From positions 1-62,781 of IMG/VR virus record IMGVR_UViG_3300036840_000070: 62,781 nt of DNA; one strand, given 5' to 3'. The number at the start of each line of letters is the position of its first letter. Positions within the stretch are counted from its first letter, which is position 1. Below are positions 46,196 to 55,624 of this stretch, one piece after another. The DNA is from a virus. Taxonomy: Duplodnaviria > Caudoviricetes. A program made the translations under genes and the position numbers. The notes beneath the pieces are model-generated. The model was not told where the DNA came from, did no database searches, and worked only from the letters and a program-made list of their open reading frames with translations.

Positions 46196-46211
46196 CAACA
46201 AAGGGATCACC

Positions 46212-46946
46212 ATGTTTAGCGTTGCGGTGCTGCACCAGAAGGGCGGCAGCGGGAAGACCACGCTCGCGATCTGCCTGGCGGCGGCGGCTCACCTCGAGGG
46301 CCACCGGACCACGCTCATCGATCTAGATTCGCAGGCCAGCGCGCTGGCGTGGAGCGCTGAGCGCCCAGAAGGCTCACGCCTGGCGGGCATCAGCGTGGCC
46401 CTGGCGGTAGCGCCCAGCCACCGCAAGGTGCCGCTCTCGAGCCTGCGCGATCTGACCGCGGCCTATGACGTGGCCATCCTCGATGGTCCCGCGCGTGAGC
46501 CGGGCATCACGCGCAGCGCCGCAGCCTTCGCTGACGTGGCGCTGGTGCCCATCGCCCCGGGCCCGACCGATCTGTGGTCCGTGCGCGATACGGTCGAATC
46601 GCTGGACGCGGCCGATGAGGTGCGCGCAGATCTGGGGCTGCCCCCCGTGCGCCGCGCCTTCGTGGTGAACGCCGCGCGCAAGGGCAGCGTGCTGCAGCGC
46701 GAGGCGCAGGCGGAGATTGAAGCCAGCCTCGGCGACTGCCTGGGCACCGTCCATCACCGCGTTTCGCTGCCGGCTGCGCTCAGCCGTGGCGAGACCGTGC
46801 TCACCCTGCCCGTGGCCACGGAGGCCGCGGTCGAAATCACGCGCCTGTGGCGCGCACTGAAAGGAGCCTATGCCGCTCAGCTCAAAGCCGAAGCACCGCG
46901 CCGCCCGCGAGGCGGAGGTCGAAGAAACGTCGCGCTTCGCCGCTGA
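46212..46946 (+). CDS. parA: ParA/ParF partition ATPase (type Ib)
   Basis: QKGGSGKTT, IDLDSQAS, ILDGP, AD..LVP..P...DLW; no N-terminal HTH. Confidence 0.93.
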   Translation: MFSVAVLHQKGGSGKTTLAICLAAAAHLEGHRTTLIDLDSQASALAWSAERPEGSRLAGISVALAVAPSHRKVPLSSLRDLTAAYDVAILDGPAREPGITRSAAAFADVALVPIAPGPTDLWSVRDTVESLDAADEVRADLGLPPVRRAFVVNAARKGSVLQREAQAEIEASLGDCLGTVHHRVSLPAALSRGETVLTLPVATEAAVEITRLWRALKGAYAAQLKAEAPRRPRGGGRRNVALRR

Positions 46947-47055
46947 CATTCCGAAGCGCATCCACAAAGCGATCCGCATGAAGTGTATCGAGCTCGACGT
47001 GGACCAGCGGCAGCTGGTGCTGATGGCCCTGCGTGAGCAGTACGGGATCAAATGA
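46870..47055 (+). CDS. ParG-like ribbon-helix-helix centromere-binding protein
   Basis: 61 aa after parA; RF..DIP..IHKAI...C......RQLV..AL; AAGGAG RBS. Confidence 0.75.
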   Translation: MPLSSKPKHRAAREAEVEETSRFAADIPKRIHKAIRMKCIELDVDQRQLVLMALREQYGIK

Positions 47056-47333
47056 GCACCAGCACCACCACCATGACCGAAGACGAGCGCGCGATCTGGC
47101 GGGCTGCCTACGCGGCCGCGTTCGTGAGCGATCTGCATTCCACCGTAGGCTTTTACCTCGAGCAGAGAGCGCCGAGCGCGTTCGATCGCGCGATGCAGAG
47201 TATTGCCGCCGAGAACGCCATCGGCATCGCTGACGCGGCGGTGCGCCGGCTGCGGCAATGGCGCGAACGGGAGCAGCCGCTGGCGGGCGCTGAGCTCGGC
47301 AGCTGGCCGAAGGACTGGGAACCGGACGAATGA
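47052..47333 (+). CDS. Hypothetical protein
   Basis: ATGA overlap. Confidence 0.6.
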   Translation: MSTSTTTMTEDERAIWRAAYAAAFVSDLHSTVGFYLEQRAPSAFDRAMQSIAAENAIGIADAAVRRLRQWREREQPLAGAELGSWPKDWEPDE

Positions 47334-47376
47334 ACGAATGCACGGACGGCCGTATGCACGTCCGTGCATCCGTGCT
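47324..47376 (+). repeat. GCAC-box array 5 (direct then inverted units)
   Basis: ggacgaat gaacgaat gcacggac ggccgtat gcacgt ccgtgcat ccgtgc. Confidence 0.8.
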
Positions 47377-47381
47377 GACGG

Positions 47382-47906
47382 TCATGAGGGCGGGCGTGCA
47401 GCCACGAGCTTGCGCCACTCATCGATCGGGATGAAGGCTTCGCGGTCGAGCTGGTCATCCCAGTGGATCCAGCCACCGGTGGCTTCGGAGAGCGCCAGCA
47501 GCAGGCCCACCTGGGTGAGCGTGACGTCCGTTTGGCCATAGCGGACGGGGCGCCGCCCAGTGATGATGTCCCATAAGTCGAATTCGAGCCCCATCATCCA
47601 CTGCGCGCAGAAGCCATCCTCGCTGATCTCAGCCATCGTGTGAGCCAGCGTTGCACGCAGTGTCTGCTGGTAGGGCTCCGTTGGCGGCCCTGCAGGCCAG
47701 TCGCGTGTGCGCATTGCTGGCTCCGGCGCTGGCTGGTCATCGGGATCGGACCGGTAGTTCGCGAACCAATGCGTGACGAACGCGACGAGGTCTTCGCCGT
47801 TGATCATTGCTGGCTCGCCGAAGCTGGACGCGACACGCACGTCGCCACTCATGTCCGAATTGAAGTGAAAGAGCGTGCCCTTCGGTCCGTGATAGTGGTG
47901 CATCAC
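47382..47906 (-). CDS. Hypothetical protein
   Basis: Coupled to recT; ISE...CA.W..GLE..LW motif. Confidence 0.65.
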   Translation of the reverse strand: MMHHYHGPKGTLFHFNSDMSGDVRVASSFGEPAMINGEDLVAFVTHWFANYRSDPDDQPAPEPAMRTRDWPAGPPTEPYQQTLRATLAHTMAEISEDGFCAQWMMGLEFDLWDIITGRRPVRYGQTDVTLTQVGLLLALSEATGGWIHWDDQLDREAFIPIDEWRKLVAARPPS

Positions 47907-49060
47907 CCATCCTCCCCAGGCTGCCGCTCCGCCACCGTGAACGGCGGGCGCTCGGGGATATCCTCGTCGGCTTCGGCGTGCACGAAGGCCTGCGCCCAGT
48001 CATGCGCCAGGCGCATCTGCGCCGGTGACCAGTTGTTGACCACACCCAGGCGGTCATCCCCGCGCCACGCTTCGTCGGCCGCGGCCAGCGCCTCGAGCAC
48101 CACCTCCGGCGTGAGCTCAGGCTCGCTGCCACCGTCATCGTCATCGCTGCCGCGCGTGGCCTTCGCCGCGTTCACCATCGCGTCCAGCACCGCGCCGCGC
48201 CCGCGCTGTGGTGTGGGCATGACCTGCGCCAGCGCCTCACGCACGGGGCCGCTAGCGCGGTCCGGGTGCTCCTCGAGCTCGATCGCGCGCCGCAGGCTCA
48301 GGTCAGCTCCCTTCGGCCAATACTTCTGCGCCCGCTTGATCGCGGTGCGCTTGTACATTTCGGGCTGCCAGTTCGTCCATGCCGGGGAATTCGGAGCCTG
48401 GCTGGTGGCGCGCGCGCGCTCGAGCTCCTCTAAGTTCATCAGCTCGCTGCTGACGGTGCCATCATCCAGCTGCGCGCAGGCGTAGGCACCGATGATCTCA
48501 CCGCGATCCGCGAAGGGCAGATCCCACCGCGGCTCGTGGATGATCTGTTTGCCGCCGCTGCCGCTGGTCACCTTGTAGAAGTCATTTGCGAAGATGCAAT
48601 CGGCCCACACGTTTTTGATGCGCGGGTTTCGGCGGGCCAGCTCCACGTAGCCCCACACGCCGATCATGAACTGCGCCTCGTACCCGCCGCGCCCATCGTT
48701 CGCTTTGCGGTTCCAATAGGGCAGGATATAGCAATGCCCGTACGCGCCGCCAGGCTCGAGCCCCACCTCGGCAGCGTGCAGGATGGCGCGGATCAGCGAG
48801 CCGTCTGAGCACTGCAGCAGCTTGCCCGTCTCATCGCTCTCGATGCAGTTGATCGTCACGCGCGCGAAGCGTTCGGCGGTGATACCCAGCCGCTCAGGCA
48901 GCAGCTGCCCGATATACGGCGTCACCCGTTCGATGCGCTCACGCACGATCTGGTGACGCGGCTTCGCTTTCTCGATGCTGGTGTTCGCTGCGGCGGCGGG
49001 CGCCTGGCGCGCTGCTGGGCGCTGTTGCTGCGCCGGTGGCGCTGCTCTTCGTTGTGCCAT
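47903..49060 (-). CDS. recT: RecT-family single-strand annealing protein
   Basis: L..CS..SL......AAEVGL.P, CY..PY, AQF.IG..GY..LA, PAW......M..RT. Confidence 0.92.
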   Translation of the reverse strand: MAQRRAAPPAQQQRPAARQAPAAAANTSIEKAKPRHQIVRERIERVTPYIGQLLPERLGITAERFARVTINCIESDETGKLLQCSDGSLIRAILHAAEVGLEPGGAYGHCYILPYWNRKANDGRGGYEAQFMIGVWGYVELARRNPRIKNVWADCIFANDFYKVTSGSGGKQIIHEPRWDLPFADRGEIIGAYACAQLDDGTVSSELMNLEELERARATSQAPNSPAWTNWQPEMYKRTAIKRAQKYWPKGADLSLRRAIELEEHPDRASGPVREALAQVMPTPQRGRGAVLDAMVNAAKATRGSDDDDGGSEPELTPEVVLEALAAADEAWRGDDRLGVVNNWSPAQMRLAHDWAQAFVHAEADEDIPERPPFTVAERQPGEDG

Positions 49061-49197
49061 GGGGTTGCTCCTTCATGCTGCGCAGGCTGCGCCCACGCAG
49101 GTGGTCCTGATCCACCGTATCTATAACATCGGGCGCTCACACCAGCTGCGCGGGGCCCGCGGATTTGTCCGCAGGATCGGCACAGTCTGGGGATAAC

Positions 49198-49719
49198 TCA
49201 GGCGGCTTTGATCGCGCGCGTGCGTGACTTCGGGGGCTGCCAATCCCACACGTCGAAGCCCGCCACGCCGAAGCCGAAACAGCTCAGCATGCAGTCCTTC
49301 GGGTACGGATCGGTCTCGCCCACGAACGTGAGCCGCCCCTGCAGCCCGAGCACCATCGCGCGGCGGTGCACGTGCTTCACGAACCACGTAGCCCCGACGC
49401 TGGCGGGCGTCAGCATGAGCAGCCGCAGCCACGGCAGCTGCGTGGTCCATCGTGCAACCAGCGGCGCCCAGGCGTGACCGATGCTGCTGAATTCGGGATT
49501 GAGCCACAGCAGGTCCGTGCGCTTGAAGCGCGCTGCCCAGTCATCGGCGAAGGCGTTGATCCCGTCCTTCGAATAGAAGCCGTCCACCACCGCATTGTGC
49601 GCGCTGGCAGCCACATCCCACGTGATGGATCCGAAGCGCTCCTCCACCGCATCGAGGAAGTCTTCGGGTGTCCCGTAGTCCTGCCGGCTGCGGTGCGGCT
49701 TCTGCGCGGGCATCACCAT
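49198..49719 (-). CDS. Phage-type DNA N6-adenine methyltransferase (Dam-like, NPEF variant)
   Basis: Y.TP, DVAAS..NA, W.NPEFS, L.PAS....WF, GRL.F. Confidence 0.75.
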   Translation of the reverse strand: MVMPAQKPHRSRQDYGTPEDFLDAVEERFGSITWDVAASAHNAVVDGFYSKDGINAFADDWAARFKRTDLLWLNPEFSSIGHAWAPLVARWTTQLPWLRLLMLTPASVGATWFVKHVHRRAMVLGLQGRLTFVGETDPYPKDCMLSCFGFGVAGFDVWDWQPPKSRTRAIKAA

Positions 49720-49724
49720 TCGCG

Positions 49725-50063
49725 TCACCCGAGCAACGTGCCGCAGGCGCGCTGCCGCGCGAATGCGCACCAGTATTGAACCTGATCGGGCGTGCCCCAG
49801 CACACGCCCGCCACGTGCGCATGCAGCCAATCCACGATGGCCAGGAGCCCCGGCAGGTCGCTGCGGAAGGTGCGCACGGATTCGAGCCTGCCCTCGAGCA
49901 CGGCACGCAGCGCGGGCGGGGGCAGGATGCCCTTCGCCAGATACTCGCGCAGCGGCGTGAGGTAGCGCTCCGGCACGCCGTCAAAGCTGACGCTGGATCC
50001 ATAGTCCGCGTTCGCGAAGACCGCAGCGATGTCGTAACGGACGGGCCGGAGCGTGTGGCTCAC
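49725..50063 (-). CDS. Hypothetical protein (PP...L.AVL, CWG)
   Basis: GTGA overlap with the exonuclease. Confidence 0.65.
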   Translation of the reverse strand: MSHTLRPVRYDIAAVFANADYGSSVSFDGVPERYLTPLREYLAKGILPPPALRAVLEGRLESVRTFRSDLPGLLAIVDWLHAHVAGVCWGTPDQVQYWCAFARQRACGTLLG

Positions 50064-51157
50064 GCGGAGGCCTCCGCGTCATCGTTCACGGGCGGCAGCG
50101 CCGGCACCAGGCTTTGGGCGAGCGGCTTCGTCAGGTCGGCTTCGAGCGCCGCGGGCAGCCGGCGCTCCTGCACCGGCATGGGCAGCGGCTTCTTCCTGGG
50201 CTCACGCAGCGTATACGTGCGGTAGGCCTCCGAACGCGACAGCACCTCGCTGCAGTGCGGGCAGCGCGTCTCACGGGCCTTGTAAAAGGCGGTGCCCCAG
50301 TACCTGCCATCGGGCAGCACCGCATACTTCGCGTCGCGAATGGTGGCCGCGAGCGTGTTCTTAATGAGCTGCTGGCGCTCCTGCAGCATCTCGATCGCGG
50401 CCTTGTTACGCTCGTATTCGTCAGCGATCGCCATCCCGTTGATCAGGCGGATCACCTCATCGGTCTGCTCCGGGTACAGCGCGCGCAGCGCCAGCCGGCT
50501 CGATTCGCTGCCGTCCGGATCGGGCGGGTCACGCCGCTGCACCCGCTGCCAGAAGGCGTCCACGCGCTCAATCAGAAGCGCCTGGAATTCGGGATGGGGC
50601 TCCACATCGATCCACTGCATGCGGCGCTCGGGGAAGGGCAGCCAGATGACGGTGGCCCACGTGGCGCCCGTCACGACCATCTCCCACTGCACCTGCACCT
50701 GCACCTCCACGGGCAGATCTTCGGCGTAGCGGCTGCCGTACCCGGTGGTCTTCACCTCGGCCACGCCGGGCCCGCGCGCCCAGGGTGGGGCCTTGCTGAG
50801 CTGCACGCCGTCCAGCGTCACCAGGTGGTGCGCGGCGGCGCGGCTGCGCAGCAGCTTGCCCGCGCGCACCACGCGGCGCGCGCTGCGCCGCGCGTATTCG
50901 CGGAGGATCTGCGGCTCGAAGATGCGCCCCCATTCCGCCGCTTCGCTCGAGGCTTCATCAGGCGGGCCCGCCGCGACCTTCTCCGCGTACAGCGCGAGCG
51001 GTGACTTGAAGTCATTCACGCCCAGCACGGCGCTGACATCGCTGCCGCCGATGCCCTGCCGCCGCGCTAGTAGCCACGCATCGCGGTCATCCGCGCTCGC
51101 GCCCGTCCATTCGCAGTGCGCTTCGAACGCCGTTGCACCGCTCCGTTTGCCAGCCAT
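50060..51157 (-). CDS. YqaJ-family exonuclease
   Basis: WL..R..GIGGSD, WG...E, LDG, EVKT, QVQW.M.VTG. Confidence 0.92.
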   Translation of the reverse strand: MAGKRSGATAFEAHCEWTGASADDRDAWLLARRQGIGGSDVSAVLGVNDFKSPLALYAEKVAAGPPDEASSEAAEWGRIFEPQILREYARRSARRVVRAGKLLRSRAAAHHLVTLDGVQLSKAPPWARGPGVAEVKTTGYGSRYAEDLPVEVQVQVQWEMVVTGATWATVIWLPFPERRMQWIDVEPHPEFQALLIERVDAFWQRVQRRDPPDPDGSESSRLALRALYPEQTDEVIRLINGMAIADEYERNKAAIEMLQERQQLIKNTLAATIRDAKYAVLPDGRYWGTAFYKARETRCPHCSEVLSRSEAYRTYTLREPRKKPLPMPVQERRLPAALEADLTKPLAQSLVPALPPVNDDAEASA

Positions 51158-51264
51158 CTCCGTTGCTCCATGACGCTGGCTGATCCCACCACCCATGGTC
51201 AGCGTAGTTACCTGATCGGCACGCAGCGGTGGAAGCCCCGTAGGCAGTGCACGGATCGTTTTGT

Positions 51265-51276
51265 GATCCATGGATC
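51265..51276. promoter_or_regulatory. GATCCATGGATC palindrome in the divergent control region
   Basis: Intergenic; shared with 18215 and 54467. Confidence 0.6.
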
Positions 51277-51646
51277 GGTTTAGCCGCGACCTGATCAGCT
51301 GGACCAGTGCGAGCGCTGCACACATCGGAACCGAGCCCCGACGCGTCTCGCAACGCACGTGAGGATCCAGCATGAATTCAGCCGCGCCGTGCTTCCGCCG
51401 GCTGCGAACGGTCGCAGCGTTACTCCGGTCTGCGGCGCGCGCCAGTCGACATCTGCGGGCCGCACGCGGATCCCCTTCCACGACCTGGATCGAATCAGTA
51501 TTGTGTGCCGATACAGCGCTCTTCTGATCTCCGTCGGCACGATGCAACAGCACGCGCCCCGTGAGCTCGGCAGGTCAGCGCCGTTACTGCGGGCAGGCGC
51601 GCGCGCGGGTGGGCAGCAAAACCAAGCAAACAAGGGGCAGGGCTAC

Positions 51647-51844
51647 GTGGCTAAGAAGGTTCTTCCGGTGCATCTCGAGGATCGCGAGCGTGGTATTTTG
51701 CGGCTGCTGAGTGAGCGCCAGCAGGTGAGCATGGCTGAGGTGGTGCGGCGCATGATCCGCAGCGCAGCACTGGATGTGATGGATCCGAAGGCGCTCGATC
51801 GCTCGAGCGTTGCGCCGGTGGCAGCAGGGGATGGCGCGCACTGA
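51647..51844 (+). CDS. CopG/Arc-like ribbon-helix-helix regulator
   Basis: V.L...E...L..L.....VSMAEVVR..I. Confidence 0.75.
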   Translation: MAKKVLPVHLEDRERGILRLLSERQQVSMAEVVRRMIRSAALDVMDPKALDRSSVAPVAAGDGAH

Positions 51845-51859
51845 TCAGGAGGGCATCAC

Positions 51860-52828
51860 GTGAAGACTTGGATGCGCTTCGCCGATGACTTTCTCGATCA
51901 CCCTAAATTCGTGCGCGCCGATCGCTTGGCACCTTCGCGCGCGGTGCACCTGTACGTGGGCTTAGTCAGCTACTCCAAACAGCAGCGCAGCGATGGCGTG
52001 GTGCCCATCGACATGCTGCCGCAGGTGCGTGGTCCAGCGGCGCGGTGGAAGATGAAGACGCTGGACGTGCTGGTGCAGGTGGGCCTCGTCGACCGCATCG
52101 ATGAGCGCACCCTGCGCGTGCATGACTTCCTCGATTGGAATCCATCGCGGGCGTACATGGAGGCACGAGCGGCTGCTCGGAAGGCGTCGGCCAACGGGAA
52201 AAAAAACAAGCTCGAGTCGGGCGCTCGAGAACGACCCGATCGCGAGGTGATCGAAACCCGATCGCAAGGTGACAACGATCCGATCGCAAAGCGATCGCAA
52301 AGCGATGGACATGTAGTCCCGAGCGAAGTCATTGACTTAGCTTCGCGACGGGCAACAGCTGCTCACGGGCGCGCGCGTGGTCTAGATATAGATGGAGATG
52401 GAGATAGATCCCCCCAGAGCCCCCCCCAGCTGGCGCTGGCGGCTGAGCCCGAAAAAAAATCTGGACAGCGACGGTCCGCTGGCGGCAGGCTGGGTGCCAC
52501 CGAATGCCCCGCTGACTTCGCCCCGAATGACTCGACGCTGGCCAAAGCCACGTCGCTCGGATTCAGCGAAGAACGCGAGCTAGCCGTCAGGGAATACTTC
52601 ATCGACTGGTGGCGATCGAAGGGGATCCGCCGCAAGGACTGGCACGCCACCTATCGCTGTTGGCTGCGCACGGAAGCGAAGAAGCTGGGTCTCAAACCGC
52701 TGCGCCGCGATGAGCAGTGGAAGCGCCACCAGGCTGAGATGCGCCGTGCAACACGCCCGCTTGCTGCGCACGAGATAGCGCCCGTTCCCGCTGATTTCGA
52801 GTCGAAGCTGGGGTCGCTCTTTGGCTGA
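51860..52828 (+). CDS. Phage replisome organiser / replication initiator
   Basis: W....DDF.DHPK, HDF.DWNPS, F.DWW...KDW.A; precedes DnaB. Confidence 0.75.
   Translation: MKTWMRFADDFLDHPKFVRADRLAPSRAVHLYVGLVSYSKQQRSDGVVPIDMLPQVRGPAARWKMKTLDVLVQVGLVDRIDERTLRVHDFLDWNPSRAYMEARAAARKASANGKKNKLESGARERPDREVIETRSQGDNDPIAKRSQSDGHVVPSEVIDLASRRATAAHGRARGLDIDGDGDRSPQSPPQLALAAEPEKKSGQRRSAGGRLGATECPADFAPNDSTLAKATSLGFSEERELAVREYFIDWWRSKGIRRKDWHATYRCWLRTEAKKLGLKPLRRDEQWKRHQAEMRRATRPLAAHEIAPVPADFESKLGSLFG
52234..52306 (+). repeat. Intragenic origin-like repeats
   Basis: CGATCGC at 52237, 52259, 52281, 52292 (22/22/11-bp spacing). Confidence 0.7.
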
Positions 52829-54320
52829 GAGCAGAGCGGCGCGCGCGTCACAGAACACGCGCGCCGCAGCACCACCACCACGCGCGCTGCCCGCAGCCAC
52901 CACCGAGCGCTCGGGCATCAGCGGTCCACCGCACGATGCCGATGCGGAGGCCGCGGTGCTGTCCGCTGTCCTGCTGTCGCCCGCGCTGCTCGATGATGTG
53001 CGCGAGCACCTCGAGCCAGCCGACTTCTACGCCATGCAACATCGTTGCGTCTTCGAAGCGATGATCGCGATCGAAGCCGCAGGCGTGGCGCTGGACGTGC
53101 TCACCCTCGCCAACGAGCTGAAGGCGAAGAACCGTCTGCAGCAGGTGGGCGGGACGCCCTTCCTCGCGCAGCTGAGCGACGCCACGCCCAGCGTTGCGAA
53201 CGTGATCGAACACGCGCGCATGGTGCGTCGCTTCGCGGCGCTGCGCCGTGCGGGGCAGGCGCTGCGCGCGCTGGCGGCGGAGTCATCGCTGCCCGAGACG
53301 CGCGGTGACGTGGAGGGCTTCCTGCAGCGCTGTGAGGCGGAGGTGTTTGCCTTCAACGGCAAGGCCACGGCACGCGACACGGCCAGCACGATGCATGAGC
53401 TCATCGCCACGGCAGCCACCGAGCTCGATCCCAGCAAGCCACGCGAAGCGCGCGGCATCTCCACGGGGCTGGTGGATCTGGACGAGCTGTCGCTGGGCTT
53501 CATCCCGGGTGAGGTCTGGTATCTGGCGGCGCGCCCCGGCATGGGCAAGACCGCGCTGGCGCTAGGCATGGCTGCCAGCGTGGCGAAGAGCGGGCGGCAC
53601 GCGGTGTTTTTCTCGCTCGAGATGACGCGGCGTGAGCTGCGCGATCGCATCATCTCGGCGGATGCGGAGGTGCCCTACCGTGCGCTGCACAAGCGCGAGC
53701 TTTCCCATTCGCAGTGGGGGCAGGTGGTGGCGTCGTTCCACCAGCTCGCGCAGCTGCCGCTCATGCTCGATGACGACGGGCTGCTCACGCCCTCGCGCCT
53801 GCGCTCACGCACGCGCCGGCATGCGACGAAGCTGCGCGTGAGCCACCCGGGCAAGCTCGGCCTGGTGGTGGTGGACTACGTGCAGCTGATGGAGGATGAT
53901 CCGCGGGGCGGACGCGGCTCGAACCGTAACGATGAGCTCGAGCACATCAGCCGCTCGCTGAAGCTGCTGGCGCGCGAAATGGGCGTGACGGTGCTGGCGC
54001 TGGCGCAGCTGAACCGCGAACAGAAGAACCGCGCTGACAAGCGCCCCCTGCTCACGGACCTGCGGGGCTCGGGCGCGTTCGAGCAGGACGCTGACAAGGT
54101 GCTCTTCATCCACCGCGATGAGGTGGAGGGCGAGGAGCGCGGCGAGGCCGAGCTGATACTGGCGAAGGGGCGCAACGCCGGCACCGGCAAGACCATCGTG
54201 CGGTGGCAGCCGTGGTGCATGCGCTTCCGCGATTCGGAGCGCCGGCAGCAGGCGGGCTTCGATTGGCAGGGCCTGATGGATGACGAGGGCGAGCCGCCGC
54301 CGATGAGCGACTACGAGTAG
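52821..54320 (+). CDS. dnaB: Replicative DNA helicase
   Basis: AARPGMGKT, FSLEM, VDYVQLM, QLNR, DLRGSG..EQDAD. Confidence 0.96.
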   Translation: MAESRAARASQNTRAAAPPPRALPAATTERSGISGPPHDADAEAAVLSAVLLSPALLDDVREHLEPADFYAMQHRCVFEAMIAIEAAGVALDVLTLANELKAKNRLQQVGGTPFLAQLSDATPSVANVIEHARMVRRFAALRRAGQALRALAAESSLPETRGDVEGFLQRCEAEVFAFNGKATARDTASTMHELIATAATELDPSKPREARGISTGLVDLDELSLGFIPGEVWYLAARPGMGKTALALGMAASVAKSGRHAVFFSLEMTRRELRDRIISADAEVPYRALHKRELSHSQWGQVVASFHQLAQLPLMLDDDGLLTPSRLRSRTRRHATKLRVSHPGKLGLVVVDYVQLMEDDPRGGRGSNRNDELEHISRSLKLLAREMGVTVLALAQLNREQKNRADKRPLLTDLRGSGAFEQDADKVLFIHRDEVEGEERGEAELILAKGRNAGTGKTIVRWQPWCMRFRDSERRQQAGFDWQGLMDDEGEPPPMSDYE

Positions 54321-54466
54321 CCCGCGCCCCAGGCGCCCCGCTGGGGGGCCGCTCGCCGCGTGGTGCGGGTGCTGATGGCTGCGCGCGGCAACGGCCCTCA
54401 CAGCGCCCGCTGCGTGGCAGCAAACCCTGTACAGGTCCGATCCATGTTCTGCCGTGGATGAAAGCC

Positions 54467-54478
54467 GATCCATGGATC
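54467..54478. promoter_or_regulatory. GATCCATGGATC palindrome
   Basis: Intergenic after dnaB; extra half-site at 54439. Confidence 0.55.
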
Positions 54479-54563
54479 ATGGAGCGCACGCGCGTGCAGC
54501 AGCGTCATTGCGTGCAGCGCTGCGTTTCCGTTACGCTCGGGCCTTCACCAGCGGAGGCGCACG

Positions 54564-54935
54564 ATGGGAATGGATCAGGCCGAAGATCGATCGGGGATGG
54601 TGCAGGTTGATCTCACTCAGGAGGAGTGGGAGCAGCGATCTGACAAGCTGGCCGCGGAGGAGATCGAACGCGAGCAGGTGCGCGCGGACAAGCGCTCGCA
54701 CAACAGCGCGTGCAACGATCGGATCCGTGAGCTCAACAAATCCATCCGTCAGCTGTCGGAGGAAGTGTCCACGCGCAAAGCCTGGGTGCCCGCGCAGACG
54801 GACATGTTCGGTGGCGATGACGAGCCCGCGGTCAATGACGATGGCGAGGAAGCGGAGGCGGAGCCCCAGGAGCCCACGCCGCGCCGCCGCCGCAGGCGCA
54901 GCGCCGCTACCACGAACGGGCTCGACGCTGCGTGA
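54564..54935 (+). CDS. Coiled-coil hypothetical protein
   Basis: GGAGG RBS. Confidence 0.7.
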   Translation: MGMDQAEDRSGMVQVDLTQEEWEQRSDKLAAEEIEREQVRADKRSHNSACNDRIRELNKSIRQLSEEVSTRKAWVPAQTDMFGGDDEPAVNDDGEEAEAEPQEPTPRRRRRRSAATTNGLDAA

Positions 54936-55237
54936 AGCGCGCGCGTCGGTACGCTGAAGGTACCGACGTCCCTGTAGCGAAGCCCCGCCGCATCCCGTTG
55001 CTGGCGCGCAGTGACGCGCGTCGCAAACCCGATCAGGTGGAGCGCGAGCAGTGGCGCGCGCTCCTGCTGATCTTGAAGGCAAAGCTGGAATTCATCGCCA
55101 GCGGCCACACCACACCCGAGCGCGAATTTCTCGCCTTCACGGTGCTGCCGAGCGGCGCCATCGTGGGCGATGAGCTCGAGCCCCGCCTCGCCGAAGCGTA
55201 CGCAACCGGTGAGGTGCGCGCGCTACTACCGCCATGA
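54932..55237 (+). CDS. Hypothetical phage protein (KAKLE..REFL), possibly internally deleted
   Basis: Coupled; YAEGT.VP N-terminus directly abuts the C-terminal motifs. Confidence 0.6.
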   Translation: MKRARRYAEGTDVPVAKPRRIPLLARSDARRKPDQVEREQWRALLLILKAKLEFIASGHTTPEREFLAFTVLPSGAIVGDELEPRLAEAYATGEVRALLPP

Positions 55238-55614
55238 TTTCACCTGCCGATATGCGCCAGCTGATCGAGAACATGTACGCGGCTCACGCGGTCCTCTGGA
55301 CGCTGGGCTTCACGCCGGACGAGCTCTTCGTCAGCGCGCCGAAGATCGTCAATGCACCGGAGCCTGGTAACCATGCGACGCTGTACGTGCGGCGTGGCGG
55401 GTTGCAGTTTACCTATTGGATGGAACCCCGGCTCGAGCGCGAAGAGGCGGAGCAGTTCCTGCGGGGCTGGGCAGCCTTCGCCGAGCGCGCCGATCGCATT
55501 CCCATCGAGGATCGCAATGCGATGGTGAGGCGCTCGCTGGTGTGGCGCACGAAGCATGAGCTGCTGAGGGCGCTCCTCGCCAAAGGCTTCACGTTCACCG
55601 CGATCCAAAACTGA
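55234..55614 (+). CDS. Hypothetical protein
   Basis: ATGA overlap. Confidence 0.65.
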   Translation: MISPADMRQLIENMYAAHAVLWTLGFTPDELFVSAPKIVNAPEPGNHATLYVRRGGLQFTYWMEPRLEREEAEQFLRGWAAFAERADRIPIEDRNAMVRRSLVWRTKHELLRALLAKGFTFTAIQN

Positions 55615-55624
55615 GCGCCCGCGC

